Assembly: GCA_020137815.1 (NCBI GenBank) | Contig: CM035360.1 | Span: 992,001-1,056,000, forward strand | Direction: 5' to 3' | DNA: 64,000 nucleotides | Source: Hormiphora californensis | Lineage: Eukaryota; Animalia; Ctenophora | Part shown: piece by piece, positions 1-59,398 of the stretch | Layout of the letters: each line of letters opens with the position of its first letter | Numbering within the stretch: the first letter of the stretch is position 1 | Notes under the pieces: generated by a model | Told to the model about the DNA's origin: nothing | The model's database searches: none | What the model saw: only the letters and a program-made list of their open reading frames with translations | Made by a program: the position numbers and the translations under genes

Positions 1-399
1 TAGCCAATAGGAAGTCAGTATACAGGTCACGTGATCTGAATGAGCCAATCAGGATCCAGAAACAGTGCTAGACGTGCGATCTGTGTGTTGGTCGGTGGGT
101 TTCAAGAGGAAAGCAAAAGTGTATACAGCCGAATTACGCTCAATCCAGCGTTTTATTTCCTGAATGCACTCGTCAAATGAAGCCTCCTAAACAAGACCAT
201 GATTTATCATGTTTTTCCTCAGAAGTACCAGGAAGTTGCAGATATTATCCACCATGTACCCCGATATTATCAGACACGTGTATCCGAACCCATGTACCGT
301 GCTCTTTTACAAAGTTAGAAAGAAACGTGATTCACGTACCAAATTAATGGGTAACCACATGTTACAAACCATGAAACTAACATTCTCCCCTTTTTTCAG

Positions 400-18643
<18,244 letters not shown>

Positions 18644-19499
18644 CCAGCACAGAGAGCAAGAAAGAAATAGTTTTATCGTTTAGGAAAAAGACGCCATTGC
18701 ATGTTTTAATAGAGAGAAAGAGAGAAAGACTGTTTTATCAAGAATCTGTTTTATTATTTTGGGTCGATTCTAAGAGAGAGAGAGAGTGAGAGAGAGTGAG
18801 AGAGAGAGAGAAAGAGATTGGTATCGATCCAGCTCGCTTTCCTGATGCGTGTTTTGATGTGTGTATATCTTATTGTGTTTGAAAAGCTCCGTTTTATTCT
18901 TGTCACCCGTTAATTTGTTGTAATTTACTGTGTCCCTATCATGGCATTGTTTGAGGGAGAAAGAAGGATCGGTTACTCACCAATGACAGGCCGACCAAAC
19001 AGCCACTAAACAAATAAAGTATCGCTAGTTTTTAGAACTTGCTTATGGTGAAAGTACCCCCGCGCGGCGCGGTGAGCTAACGCGCACTATCCTTGCCACC
19101 CGCACGTGTTACTGTTATCTCATTTCTTTCGACGTCCCTTTTATTTCCATTTCGTTTCATTGGGTGACGCGGACGTGTGTGGTGTCATTACCTGTCTGGC
19201 GGTGCAGGACCCGATCTGATCAAAATGGCGGTTCTGGAGCCGCAAGATAGGACATTATCCGGTCACTCGAGACTGGTAACATGTGCCATGTCAAGGTGTG
19301 TGTCATGTCACACACTGTGTACTGTGTACATTGGCCTTGGCATGCATGTTCCGAGTGTGCTCCACTATGCAATGGATATGGTCCTTGTGAGTGTATTATG
19401 TAGCTATACCACATATTGAGGGTCGGACTAGGCAAACCAGATGTGCAATTTCCACATCTCCACTATCCAAATCCGATGGGAGCATATTTGGACCCTTTA

Positions 19500-19543
19500 T
19501 TTTTTTATCGGATTCGGACTTGAGTCCGAATCCGATAAAAAAA
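19500..19543. repeat. Perfect hairpin, probably the end of a small Helentron-like element (about 19428-19545)
   Basis: TTTTTTTATCGGATTCGGACT-TG-AGTCCGAATCCGATAAAAAAA. Confidence 0.6.
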
Positions 19544-19962
19544 GTATACATTGGTTGTGCTGTTGCAATACAATACATTGGCTGTGGGATGTATGATTAT
19601 AAATATTTATTATTTAAATTCCGTTTCAATTGTAGAGTGTATGTGGAGTGTAGATTACTTCCGAAGTCAAAAAGCGCTTCTTGAATTGAAAGACAATCAT
19701 GTACTTGAAATAAAAACAAAGTTCTAACTCGTACCAAATATCATACTCTCAAAATAATAGTTTGGTTTACAACAAAGAAGAACGAACTATACTATCCGAA
19801 ATGGTTTTATTTGGTCCCGAGTATCAATTTGCTTGGGTAGTAGGCTGGAGGCAAACCTTCCACTCAATTAAATATAAATTTTACACAGACACCAAAAGTT
19901 ACCAGTTCATCCCTGCTGCAGCCGTGACTTGTCACACAATGTCAGTCCAAATCTGCATCCTC

Positions 19963-20388
19963 TCACTCATACATGAGACCCTTGCTAGTATACAACATGG
20001 ATGGAAGACTGTAGTTATAGTACCTGTACCTGCTCTCCCTAATCCCCGGGTACATCTCAGCCTTCTCATGGTACCGCACATTCATATAATCATCAGCAGC
20101 TACCCTCCTTGGTCGGGCATATTTTCCCGCCTTTTTGTCGAGAGAAGGAGCGTGGTATACCCTGTCCGCGGCGGTAATGGCATCACTTCCAAATCCGTAT
20201 CGCTCACTGGGTGTTTGGTATCCAGAGGAGAGGTATTTGGAGGGACCGTATGCCTTTAGGAATGCTTTGTGAGCAGGGCCCTCGTAGGTAACTTGGTCGA
20301 CAATGAATCTGGTGTTGTTTGCGGTGGAGTGGGTTGCTAGAATTCGACGGTGCCGGTTCAGGATAATGCTATCACCTTGGAAATCCAT
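19963..20388 (-). CDS. Hypothetical intronless Tyr/Arg-rich protein (141 aa, MDFQGDS...), copy 1 of a tandem duplication
   Basis: Open frame from ATG 20388, preceded by an acceptor-like TATATTTTAG. A paralogous copy is interrupted by the Maverick-type element. No family recognised. Confidence 0.4.
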   Translation of the reverse strand: MDFQGDSIILNRHRRILATHSTANNTRFIVDQVTYEGPAHKAFLKAYGPSKYLSSGYQTPSERYGFGSDAITAADRVYHAPSLDKKAGKYARPRRVAADDYMNVRYHEKAEMYPGIRESRYRYYNYSLPSMLYTSKGLMYE

Positions 20389-21822
20389 GGGATGGTGGTG
20401 TGCTAAAATATACAATTGGGCGGGGTTTATAATTTGTATTTAAAATTAAAATTCATTTGAAATTCAAAATTGGAAGTAGACCAAGGGCTAGGACGACAGG
20501 GACAACATATTATTGTTCGTAGATATTGTTCTTAAAGAAGACAGGCCCTGACGGGGACAACAGTATTGTTCGTAAAACATGAAGATACAGGAAACTGTGC
20601 ACCAAGTTCGACAAATCGACAAAACAAAGAAGCAGGGCGAACAACACATGGGAGAGTCGGAGAAAAACCCCAGCGCAGCACGGGTTAGTTAATCCGTTTA
20701 ACATCGCAGCAGCAACACATGAACACAGACTAGACCAATGTCACACAGAACACGATTCATAGTGATAGAAAGGAAGTGCCGGGTGGGTAGTGGGTACTGG
20801 TAGTTCGCCACATGGTGCACCATGTCTGTAGAATAGCATGTCATTCGCAGTTTTCAGAAGGCCGCAGCCAGCTTCGCCCAATGGTTGCCATGCTACGGCG
20901 TAGCATGGCAACCTGGTTTCAAAGCGATTTTCGCGGCGTCTGCGCCAATTCCAGGAAGCAGTACAAGTGATTTCCAAACAACCAGGGCCTAGAAAAAGGT
21001 CTAGTCTATCGTTCTAGGGGGGCTCTTTTTTGAATTTTTTTTTTTCCACGAAGAGCCCTGAGCTCAGTCTATCAGTCCGGTGTGTGAGCCAATATACTGG
21101 GAGCACGTCAACCCTAGTCTTAATCTCCACTACCAAGACCCTTGCTAGTGTACAACATGGATGGAAGACTGTAATTATAGTACCTGTACCTGCTCTCCCT
21201 AATCCCCGGGTACATCTCAGCCTTCTCATGGTACCTCACACTCATATAATCATCAGCAGCCACCCTCCTTGGTCGGGCATACTTTCCCGCCTTTTTATCA
21301 AGAGAAGGAGCATGGTATACCCTATCTGCTGCGGTAATGGCATCACTTCCAAATCCGTATCGCTCACTGGGTGTTTGGTATCCAGAGGAGAGGTACTTGG
21401 AGGGACCGGATGAGTAGTATATGGTGTGCAGTTGGGACCCCCCTTTTCACGATAACCGGGGCCACATTCTGGCCTCTGATTGGCTGTTGACTATGGTCAC
21501 GTGACAAAACCCTGGCCTCTGATTGGCTGTTGACTACGGTCACGTGACGAAACCGATAAGGTCACGTGAGAATCCCGTGACACCACATGGTATCACGTGA
21601 TCATTTCCTTTGCTGTGATTGGTCGGTTGCTGTATCACGTGACCAATATCGGTAGATTTATCGGTCACGTGACGGTCACTGTAGTCACGTGGTAATCATG
21701 TGACCCATGTCTGCTGCTCTGATTGGCTGTCGACTATGGTCACGTGAAATCACATGGTATCACGCGACCTTTGACTACGGTCACGTGACAATCACGTGAC
21801 AATCACATGGTATCACGTGACT

Positions 21823-21886
<64 letters not shown>

Positions 21887-22110
21887 AAGAAGCATCACTA
21901 GACAAGAGAGGTGTCAAATGTGTGTTAGGTGTGTACCAGGTGTTTTCACTACACAGTCATATTATGGAATATGGTTTATGGGTGATCATTTGAAAATATC
22001 CAAGATATCCTTTTGATTATAAATGATCACTCGTAATAACGTGTAAGACGCATAAAGGAAAACAACCAATTTATGTATTCCAAAAGAAACAAAAATTTTG
22101 AATTAACTGT

Positions 22111-22888
22111 TCATCTAACTTTACGAAAATGCAAAACCATCGACGTAGGGAAATCTCTCGCATCATCTTCTGAAAACTCAAAAAACTTGCCCATATTGTC
22201 ACAAATTACAAACTGTATTTCAGTGAAGGAGACAAATCTCACTTTGAAATAAGAAGGGTTTACAAATTCATAATGATTGTATCCCATTTTTGCGTCGAAT
22301 GGAACATAGCGAAAAATCTCGAGTCATGTTCATTTATTTTGTCTATAGTCCGTGTGTGCTTGTGGTGCAATGTTTGAATAGATATGTCCAAGTTTTGCAT
22401 GCCTCGGAAAGTCCATCTTAGCCGCAATTTTCGATGGTAAAAGGTCAGTGCAATGGACTGTTTTCATGAAAATCTTAAAAAACTCAAAACACTATTTTCA
22501 CTCGTTGCAAATCCGTACTGGAATGATGATACGCCAGGTACATACATGTGTTGTTTCATCTGCAAAGTACTCTGGGATAGGCCAATGATCAGAACCATTC
22601 GCCAGATTTTCCGTTTCTTTGGAGTTTATAGCCTGTTGCATTGCTAGCAGCAACTGTGGTCCGTTTCGATAACACCCAGGTGGAATCGAGTAATCTCTGG
22701 ATTCATAATCATGTCCCTTTTCGGATACCAAAAAATGATTGTTACCCTCGGTTACATTAAATGTGATGAAGGAGCGTGAATAACACTTTTACAGCCACCT
22801 CATAGTTGTCATTCAAGTCTAAAGCATTCTCCGAACGAAAGACAAATTGACTGGGGTTTTGTTTATGGCTAGTAGCGATAAGGTACAT
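22111..22888 (-). pseudogene. Polinton/adintovirus-like minor capsid (penton) protein, disrupted
   Basis: Translated pieces: MYLIATS..LDLNDNYEVA, FNVTEGNNHF, IPPGCY..LLLAMQQAIN, IYSNIAPQ, RYVPFD..YEFVNPSYF, ICDNMGK, VLHFRKVR*. AACC precedes the ATG; frameshifts and stops present. Confidence 0.75.
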
Positions 22889-23016
22889 GGTTAAAACTAC
22901 CAGTGCGAGCATTGTTTTTATAGGAAAATGATCGTTGGTGACTTTTTTAGGGTGACAAAAGAACGAAGGTAAACACCAGTTTTCATGCGACTTAAAAATA
23001 AGAACATGCTAAACTT

Positions 23017-24302
23017 TCAAATAATGAAAAATTGTCTATTTTTATTCACTTCAATAACTTGTTCGTACCAAGCGAGTACCATCACTACTAGATCTCAGTT
23101 GGTTTGTCGCAACATTTCATGGATAATCTGACAGTTCACTTTGCATCAAGTGAGGCCATGCTGATTTTGTGTTTTATCTTGCGTGAGATCAAATGCCAAG
23201 GCTGGATACACCCTGTAATGGTGCATGACCATAGAGTCTCCCTACTACCAGTTCCGTTTACAAACTCTGCCATCCATGTTAGTCTCAAGATGATCGTAAT
23301 TTCTAAAGCTCGTGGGAAATGTTCTTTTCCATTTACATACAGCTGAGCTGGTTTTTACCAGATTCATGTGAAACGGGTTTTTACTCCTCTTTCTTCCTAG
23401 GGTCACTTCTGTCTTGTACACATACAAGGAAGAGAAGTATGGTAAGGACCATTGATAAGGTTTCAGCTGTATTGTGGGTGGAACGATCCGTCACTGGAAA
23501 AATATTCATAACTTTTTTGTCGGCATGATAGATGGCATTTTTCTTTGCAAGTCGCTCTTCAATTATACTGAGCACAGTATCCCGAGGTCTTTGAAAAGTA
23601 CATCTTAAGAATACCTTGTCAAAAAAACTTCATCGGTATTAGTGTCTGCCAGTAGAAGATAAACCCGGAGTAGTTTTTCGTCAGCTTAATTTGAATGTTA
23701 CTTCGTAGGAAGAGCTTTCCTTGTTTGAATAGAGGATGTTTAGATCTGAACTCAAATAGACAGTTTTATACCTTCTTCATAAATTTGGCTCTTTCTTGAC
23801 CGTTTACATTTTTATGACTCCCTGTAGCTGGATAAAACTCCAAGTTTTCACTATCTGTCTTATCACCCACAGAATCAAGATCTAATCCCTCAAGACGCTA
23901 GTAGTGCTCGGGAATCATGAATTATGATTACATCATCCCAAAATTGAACATGGAGTAGGAGTTGTCATAAGAGGGTTAAAGAAACCCCGCCAGCATAAAC
24001 CTCAACATTTCTCTCCACAAGTGGCCGCAAGATGAGGTGAGTGGAACATTTGTTGGCGTGGAATAGCTGCGGTGGATTAGCTCTACTCTCTGTAAGTACC
24101 CGCAGTTCTGTGAATATTTCAAACATTTCCAGCATATACCGCTCCATAGATGGAATGGTAAACGAAATCTCATCAGAGTTCTCGCGGGAGGTTAGTAGGT
24201 AAAGTCCCACCCTATTCGTTTCCTAATTATCCTTGTGTTGGTTGGGATCCCAAAGGTGAAGTTGCGAAGAAAACCTTCGGCAGACTTGATGTACTTTGAC
24301 AT
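23017..24302 (-). pseudogene. Polinton/adintovirus-like major capsid (double jelly-roll) protein, disrupted
   Basis: Pieces: SQLHLWDP, NSDEISFTIP, NVEVYAGG, NPFH..QLYVNG, LAFDLTQD, WYEQVIEVNKNR..*. About 430 codons; AACC precedes the ATG; many frameshifts. Confidence 0.75.
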
Positions 24303-24348
24303 GGTTAGCTATACAGAGATAACAATTCCCTTTTATAGGAGATACGTT

Positions 24349-24651
24349 TTAAGAGAGTTGGTCAACTTTCCTTTTACAACTTGTCAATTGATTCTTTGGC
24401 TCCATGCAATTTTGTTTACTGCATAGTTGCTTGCAGCACCAACAAGTTGATTTCCAGCATCTTGGAGACCAGGTTTCGCTAACTCAAAACCTTGTTTCAG
24501 TATCGTTTTTTCCAATGGTATAACCGATTAAAAATTTTCTTTAAAATCCGCCCAATCCCGCACCGTTGGTTCGAATAAACTCCGGATCCCTTCCTAATGC
24601 TTGTCGATAAACTTCAGGGTCGGGTGCAGCTTCTGTATAACTGACACGCAT
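24349..24651 (-). pseudogene. Polinton small core-like protein (PW/pVII-like), disrupted
   Basis: MRVSY...PDPEVY...NGAGLGGF followed by an amphipathic basic helix (KTILKQGFELAKP). The GxGLGG motif is typical of these proteins. Confidence 0.65.
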
Positions 24652-24745
24652 GGTTATAATATTTGCTACTATGAGACTTGTTGAATATCTCTCCTTCTCT
24701 CTCTATATTATATATAGGTTCATTGACCACTCATAATCATGAACC

Positions 24746-25177
24746 ATGGAGTGTATTCATTGTGATCGAACCTTTTCTTCCAAACATAGCTTAGCGACGC
24801 ATAAAAGTCGCTTCCAACCGCTCTGATTACAAATCAGATTTTGCTAACAACGAAGGGTTAATAAAGTTGATGATGAAGGCAGTTCTTGATGGAGAGATAA
24901 TTTTAACTCTAGAAGAAAAGAAGAAACTTCTTCCAGCAAGAGATAGTATAGAAGAAATAGTCTACAATGAAGCGAAGCTCACGATGTACGACAAAACTTG
25001 GAATCAGCAATTAAACTAATTGTCAAGTTTACGAAAAGAGATTTCCAAGTTTGGTTTTTAACAATCCGAGAAAAATCTCAAGATAGGGTTGAAAATGTGA
25101 CTGATCAGGAATTCGATAGTGAGACATCTGAGGATGATCAGAGTGGTGATGAACAAGAAAGTGAGGCCGATGTGTAA
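24746..25177 (+). pseudogene. C2H2 zinc-finger protein with an acidic tail, disrupted
   Basis: MECIHCDRTFSSKHSLATHKSRF...; ends SEDDQSGDEQESEADV*. Divergently oriented from the capsid genes. Confidence 0.6.
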
Positions 25178-26977
25178 TGCTACTGTAATATTAAATTTCC
25201 CCTACAACAGAGTCTCCCTTTTGCGTCTTATTAAAATGACTATCGAATGATCACTCATAATCACGAATGATCATCGATAATCACGAATGATATCTTGGAT
25301 ATTTTCAAATGATCACCCATAATCATTCCACAATATGACTAGTATAGTGAAAACACCTGGTACACACCCAAAACACATTTGACACCTCTCTACTCTAGTG
25401 TGGTGCTTCTCAATGTCTCTCTCTCTCTCTCTCGCTCTCTTCTCTCTCTCTCTCAGTCACGTGATACCATGTGATTTCACGTGATTGTCACGTGACCGTA
25501 GTCAAAGGTCGCGTGATACCATGTGATTTACGTGACCATAGTCGACAGTCATCAGAGCAGCAGACATGGGTCACTGATTACCACGTGACTACAGTGACCG
25601 TCACGTGACGATAAATCTACCGATATTGGTCACGTGATACAGCAACCGACCAACACAGCCACAAAGGAAATGATCACGTGATAACCATGTGGTGTCACGG
25701 GATTATCACGTGACCTTATCGGTTCAGTCACGTGACCGTAGTAACAGCCAATCAATCGAGGACCGGCCAGGTTTTGTCACGTGACCATAGTCAACAGCCA
25801 ATCAGAGGCCAGAATGTGGCCCCGGTTATCGTGAAAAGGGGGGTTCCAACTGCACACCATATACTACTCGTATGCCTTTAGGAATGCTTTGTGAGCAGGA
25901 CCCTCGTAGGTAACTTGGTCGACAATGAATTTGGTGTTGTTTGCGGTGGATGGGTTGCTAGAATTCGACGGTGTCGGTTCAGGATAATGCTATCACCTTG
26001 GAAATCCATGGGGTGGTGGTGTGCTAACTGCTAAAACACACAATTGGGCGGGGTTTATAATTTGTATTTAAAATTGTAAAGAACCATCTAGATGGAAATT
26101 CAAAATTGGAAGTAGACCAAGGGCTAGCATTCAAGGACAACAGTATTGTTCGTAAAACTCTGAGCATGAAGATACAGGAAACTGAGCAGTGAGCACCAAG
26201 TTCGACAAAACAGCAGGGCGACAAATCGACAAAGAAGCAGGGCGAACAACACATGAGAGAGTCGGAGAAAAACCCAGCGCAGCACGGGTTAGTTAATCCG
26301 TTTAACATCGCAGCAGCAGCACATGAACACAGACCAATGTCACACACACACAACACGATTCATAGAAAGGAAGTGACGGGTGGGTACTGGTAGTTCGCCA
26401 CATGGTGCACCATGTCTGTAGAATAGTAGTGTTCGCAGTTTTCAGAAGGCCGCGGCCAGCTTCGCCCAATGCAAATGGTTGCCATGCTATAGTGTCTGAC
26501 GGTGTATCATGCATGCGCATGGCAACCATAGGGCTACGCAGCTCAGTCTATCAGTCCGGTGTGTGAGCCACTGAGCCAATATACTGGGGTTCAGCACGTC
26601 AACCTTAGTCTTAATCTTTATCTACTTCTATATCTAGCTCACAAATAATTATACGAGTCGTATTATTTGTGTCCACTTGTCAAGACCACTACCAGCTCCA
26701 GAATCCTAACTCTGTCGAGCACTATACCTGGAATCCAGGTCCTGGGTCCCAGGACCTGGATTCCAGGTAAAGTGCTCAAATCAAATTGGGGTATGTAGTA
26801 CTAGTATGGGCGCCGCCATAACAGTGCACTTGAACTTTGCAGGCAGTGCAGTGTGCAGTGCGCTCAGATGGGCCCGGGCCCGGGCGGCGGGCCGGGGTCG
26901 CGGCGTCAGACAGCTCTAAGAGATCTCCCTGGGACGTCTCTATAAGGAGATCTCCGGAGGTGAAAGGGAGCACTATT

Positions 26978-27525
26978 ATTATTTGGCCACATTGATGCCT
27001 GAGTGAGATCGAGGTCGCGCAGCGACCGAGATCGATCTCACATACAGGCCTCCGCCCCGTTATTGATTTTAGAGCAAACTTTTTCAAAGACCTGGCTGCA
27101 AGGAACTACTGAACCGATTTGCATCTCGGTTATGCTCCTGGCAGATTTGTCTCTAGTTTTACGGAAAATACCCGCGAGTATCAGCATTTGAGGAATAGTG
27201 GGTCAAAATTGACGCTAAAATGAGCAATTCTTTAAAGACCTGGCTGCAAGCTCCTACTCGGTCCTGGGACAATCTGCTGGTACTGGGTGAATCATCATGG
27301 CTTTGTCATGTGAGGCGTGAGCATGGGAAAATACCCACCGATTCATCACGTTGCGAAATGAGGCGATAATTGACGTTTGAGTAGTGCTTGGTCAGCAAAA
27401 AAGGTCTAAAAACACGGTCTCAACCTGTCGCACGCGATTTGTTGAAAACGTGCTTTACATGGCACGCACGTGAGTTCTTGCTAGCAACGGGGCGGAGCGA
27501 GAATAGGTTGCAATGGATCCAATAT
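26978..27525 (+). mobile_element. Helentron/HINE-like element, copy 2 (longer), about 220 bp upstream of the ATG at 27744
   Basis: Matches 13288-13707 with an additional internal segment. Confidence 0.6.
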
Positions 27526-27743
27526 TATTATCGTATAGGAGATATGTAAAGGCCAGAAAGTAATTTTCGCTGCGGCGGCGAAAAATAAAATAAAGCGGTG
27601 CTTTTTAACGCCGCGCAACATTTGCGCGGCGCTAAACTTTGAATTTTATGAATTGCACGAAAACTAAAAAAATGCGACTTTTGACATTTTTAGATTTCAG
27701 TTTCACCGGTCTCTTCCCTCGTCGCCCCGGTTTCCCTATCAGC

Positions 27744-44792
<17,049 letters not shown>

Positions 44793-46132
44793 GGGTGACC
44801 TACAACTATGAGTTGAGCTAAAATAGTTGTGGGTAATCGGCAGTGGGTGGTTTAGGAGAGTTTTTAGGTGAATACTGGTTGTTCTTAGAGACTGACTTTT
44901 TGTGACAAACATTTTGTAAATATAACGAGACCTATTTTGACAAAGTTTACAAGTTTGAAATTGACTATACTAATTAGCATTCTTCCCTACACGCAAATAC
45001 TAAACAGTTTAACATAAGTTATCGATACCAGTTCAAACTGAAAACAAGCTTGCGAGTGAGCTCTATCTATAGTTTTCTATCACCGACGACAGACAGAAGA
45101 CGATCTGGTGATGCAGTGATTCATTCTATAAGGATGATCCGGCACTATCTCTCCCGGACTAGTTTGTCTTTACTCTTTACAGTCCCAGATCGATGACCAA
45201 GCATTCGCTATTTCACCATGCAGTATAACACTGTGGTCGCTAGGCTTTTGACAGGCCACTATAACACCCCACAATGTATATATCCCCTACTAGGCTTATA
45301 CTTGCGGGGCTACTGCTGTAGAGTTCACTAGAAACCGCCACCAGACCGAATCTAAATTTGATTTCTATATCCCCCACTCTCTGTACGCTCTCCTCGTACT
45401 GTAAATATTTGTTGGCTAGCATCCAAGATCATGTATTACTATACTGCTCATTCTTCGTAGTTGGGGGTGGCAGCGTCACAGCTGCTGTAGTGTTATAGCA
45501 TCAACTGAACTGCCCCCTTGTCACTTGACGGAGCGCGCGAAAACACATGACATGGAGGTAGACGAATGCGCGCGAATCGGACAGATACCTGCGCGCGCGA
45601 GACGTCTCCCGCGGGAGAAGATTTTGGGTGACAACGGAGACCGAGACACAAGACACTGGGCAGTGGACAGACGACTCACGACACCGAGCAGTGACGGACA
45701 AACAACCAAGAAGTTCAATGTTCAATATTTTCAGGGACGATTTCAGAAACCAGCTCCTCCCCCAAATAGGAGACGACCATCCCGTGACCACCTTCAGAGC
45801 AGAGCAAAAGGTGAATTATAAAGATTTAGAATTGAAACAGAGACATCACCATGACCAACAAGTGATTCACCCATGCCGACGTCCGCTTAACTCGCCACTC
45901 TATTCTTCAGATTCGGTGATATAAAGAGTGAATGGACCAGGACACAGTTTAAAGTTAAATAACCAGGATGATTGGCCGGATCCGCCACCATCGAGTTAAA
46001 AAATGAAGTTTTGAAATTGGACATTTGAGACTAGTTTGAGTGCGTTTTGTTTCAGTTTGTGCATTTGTTGCAAGATAAAGAATTGAATGCTGTTGAAGTA
46101 CTTCAGATATCGAGTTTTCAATCTTCAATCAA

Positions 46133-46233
46133 AGGGCTAGGGGCATGTTTTGTATCTTTACAGCGTGTAGGCGGATGTGTTCACTCTTTGGCACCTAGCT
46201 GGTAGCTAGATTCTAGTACATGCCCCTAGCCCT
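46133..46233. repeat. Short inverted repeat (16-bp arms), possible mini-MITE
   Basis: AGGGCTAGGGGCATGT ... ACATGCCCCTAGCCCT. Confidence 0.55.
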
Positions 46234-46714
46234 AGTTAGTTGGTTAACATCTAGGAAACACATTCATTTTGTTGCAATGCGATGAAGAAAAATTCACAAA
46301 CAAATCTGCATTCCGCATACAAATATATTCGTCAGTCGTCACATGTGTTATTCCGACAAAAAGTTCGTAATAATATAACGTCAGTAACGTCAAGTTACTA
46401 TTAGAATTATTATTAGTAGAGGTTATTGTAAAAAGAGTCTGTTAAAAAGTACTGGCTTGGTCAAAAGGTATGAGTTTATTACTTATAGAAAAGTCTTGCA
46501 CGTCGTCAGTCAAATCTATTCGAAATATCAACATCTTCGTCATAGCGAATCGATAGAATTCAGATAATCTTCGCCCAATTGAATTCATCTGACAATTCTC
46601 TCATTCAAGAAGGTCTAACAGCTAACAGTAACTAACTCTATTTGGATTTCTCATCCTCGTTCTAGTGTCTGTGAAGTACACCTTCAAAAAAAGCAAATAT
46701 TGTCCGTCTATATC

Positions 46715-59021
<12,307 letters not shown>

Positions 59022-59398
59022 CTGAACAGAGAGAGGGGGAGCGGGGTTAGTAAGAGTTGGGGAAGGGGACCGGGGATTAGTTTAATGCGTTTTATTGGGA
59101 TTCTTGGGGATGAAATTGGCAGTAAACTGTGGGTCGTAGACAGACAGTGAGACAGATCTTTATAAAATAATGATAAAAAACGATAGAATAGATTAGAAAT
59201 ACGTTCATTGGTAAAAATGACTGTAAAAACAACTTTAAAAACAACTTTTGTCTCCCCCTTTTTGCTCCCAATCAATTCAAATAAAAAATTAAGATATTTT
59301 CAATATGGTGTAAAAATATTTAATTTTAAAAAACCCGATGACGAAGGAACGTAATGTAGAATTGTGTGAGACTGTTCGATCAACTCATTGATGATGAG

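Larger units (their letters stand above)
21413..25868. mobile_element. Mini Maverick/Polinton-type endogenous element (4456 bp) with only a virion gene module
   Basis: Termini AGTAGTATATGG / CCATATACTACT; TIRs about 21413-22009 and 25288-25868; 6-bp TSD CGGATG/CGTATG, with a single CGTATG in the empty paralogous site near 20249. Confidence 0.88.
19975..26620. repeat. Tandem duplication of a unit of about 1.15 kb; copy 2 (21137-21412 plus 25869-26620) is split by the Maverick insertion
   Basis: 19975-20250 matches 21137-21412. 20250-20900 and 21060-21125 match 25869-26620. Confidence 0.9.

Noticed and set aside
45525-45924. GC-rich short ORFs between the two convergent genes
   Set aside because: No homology or splice support that I can identify.
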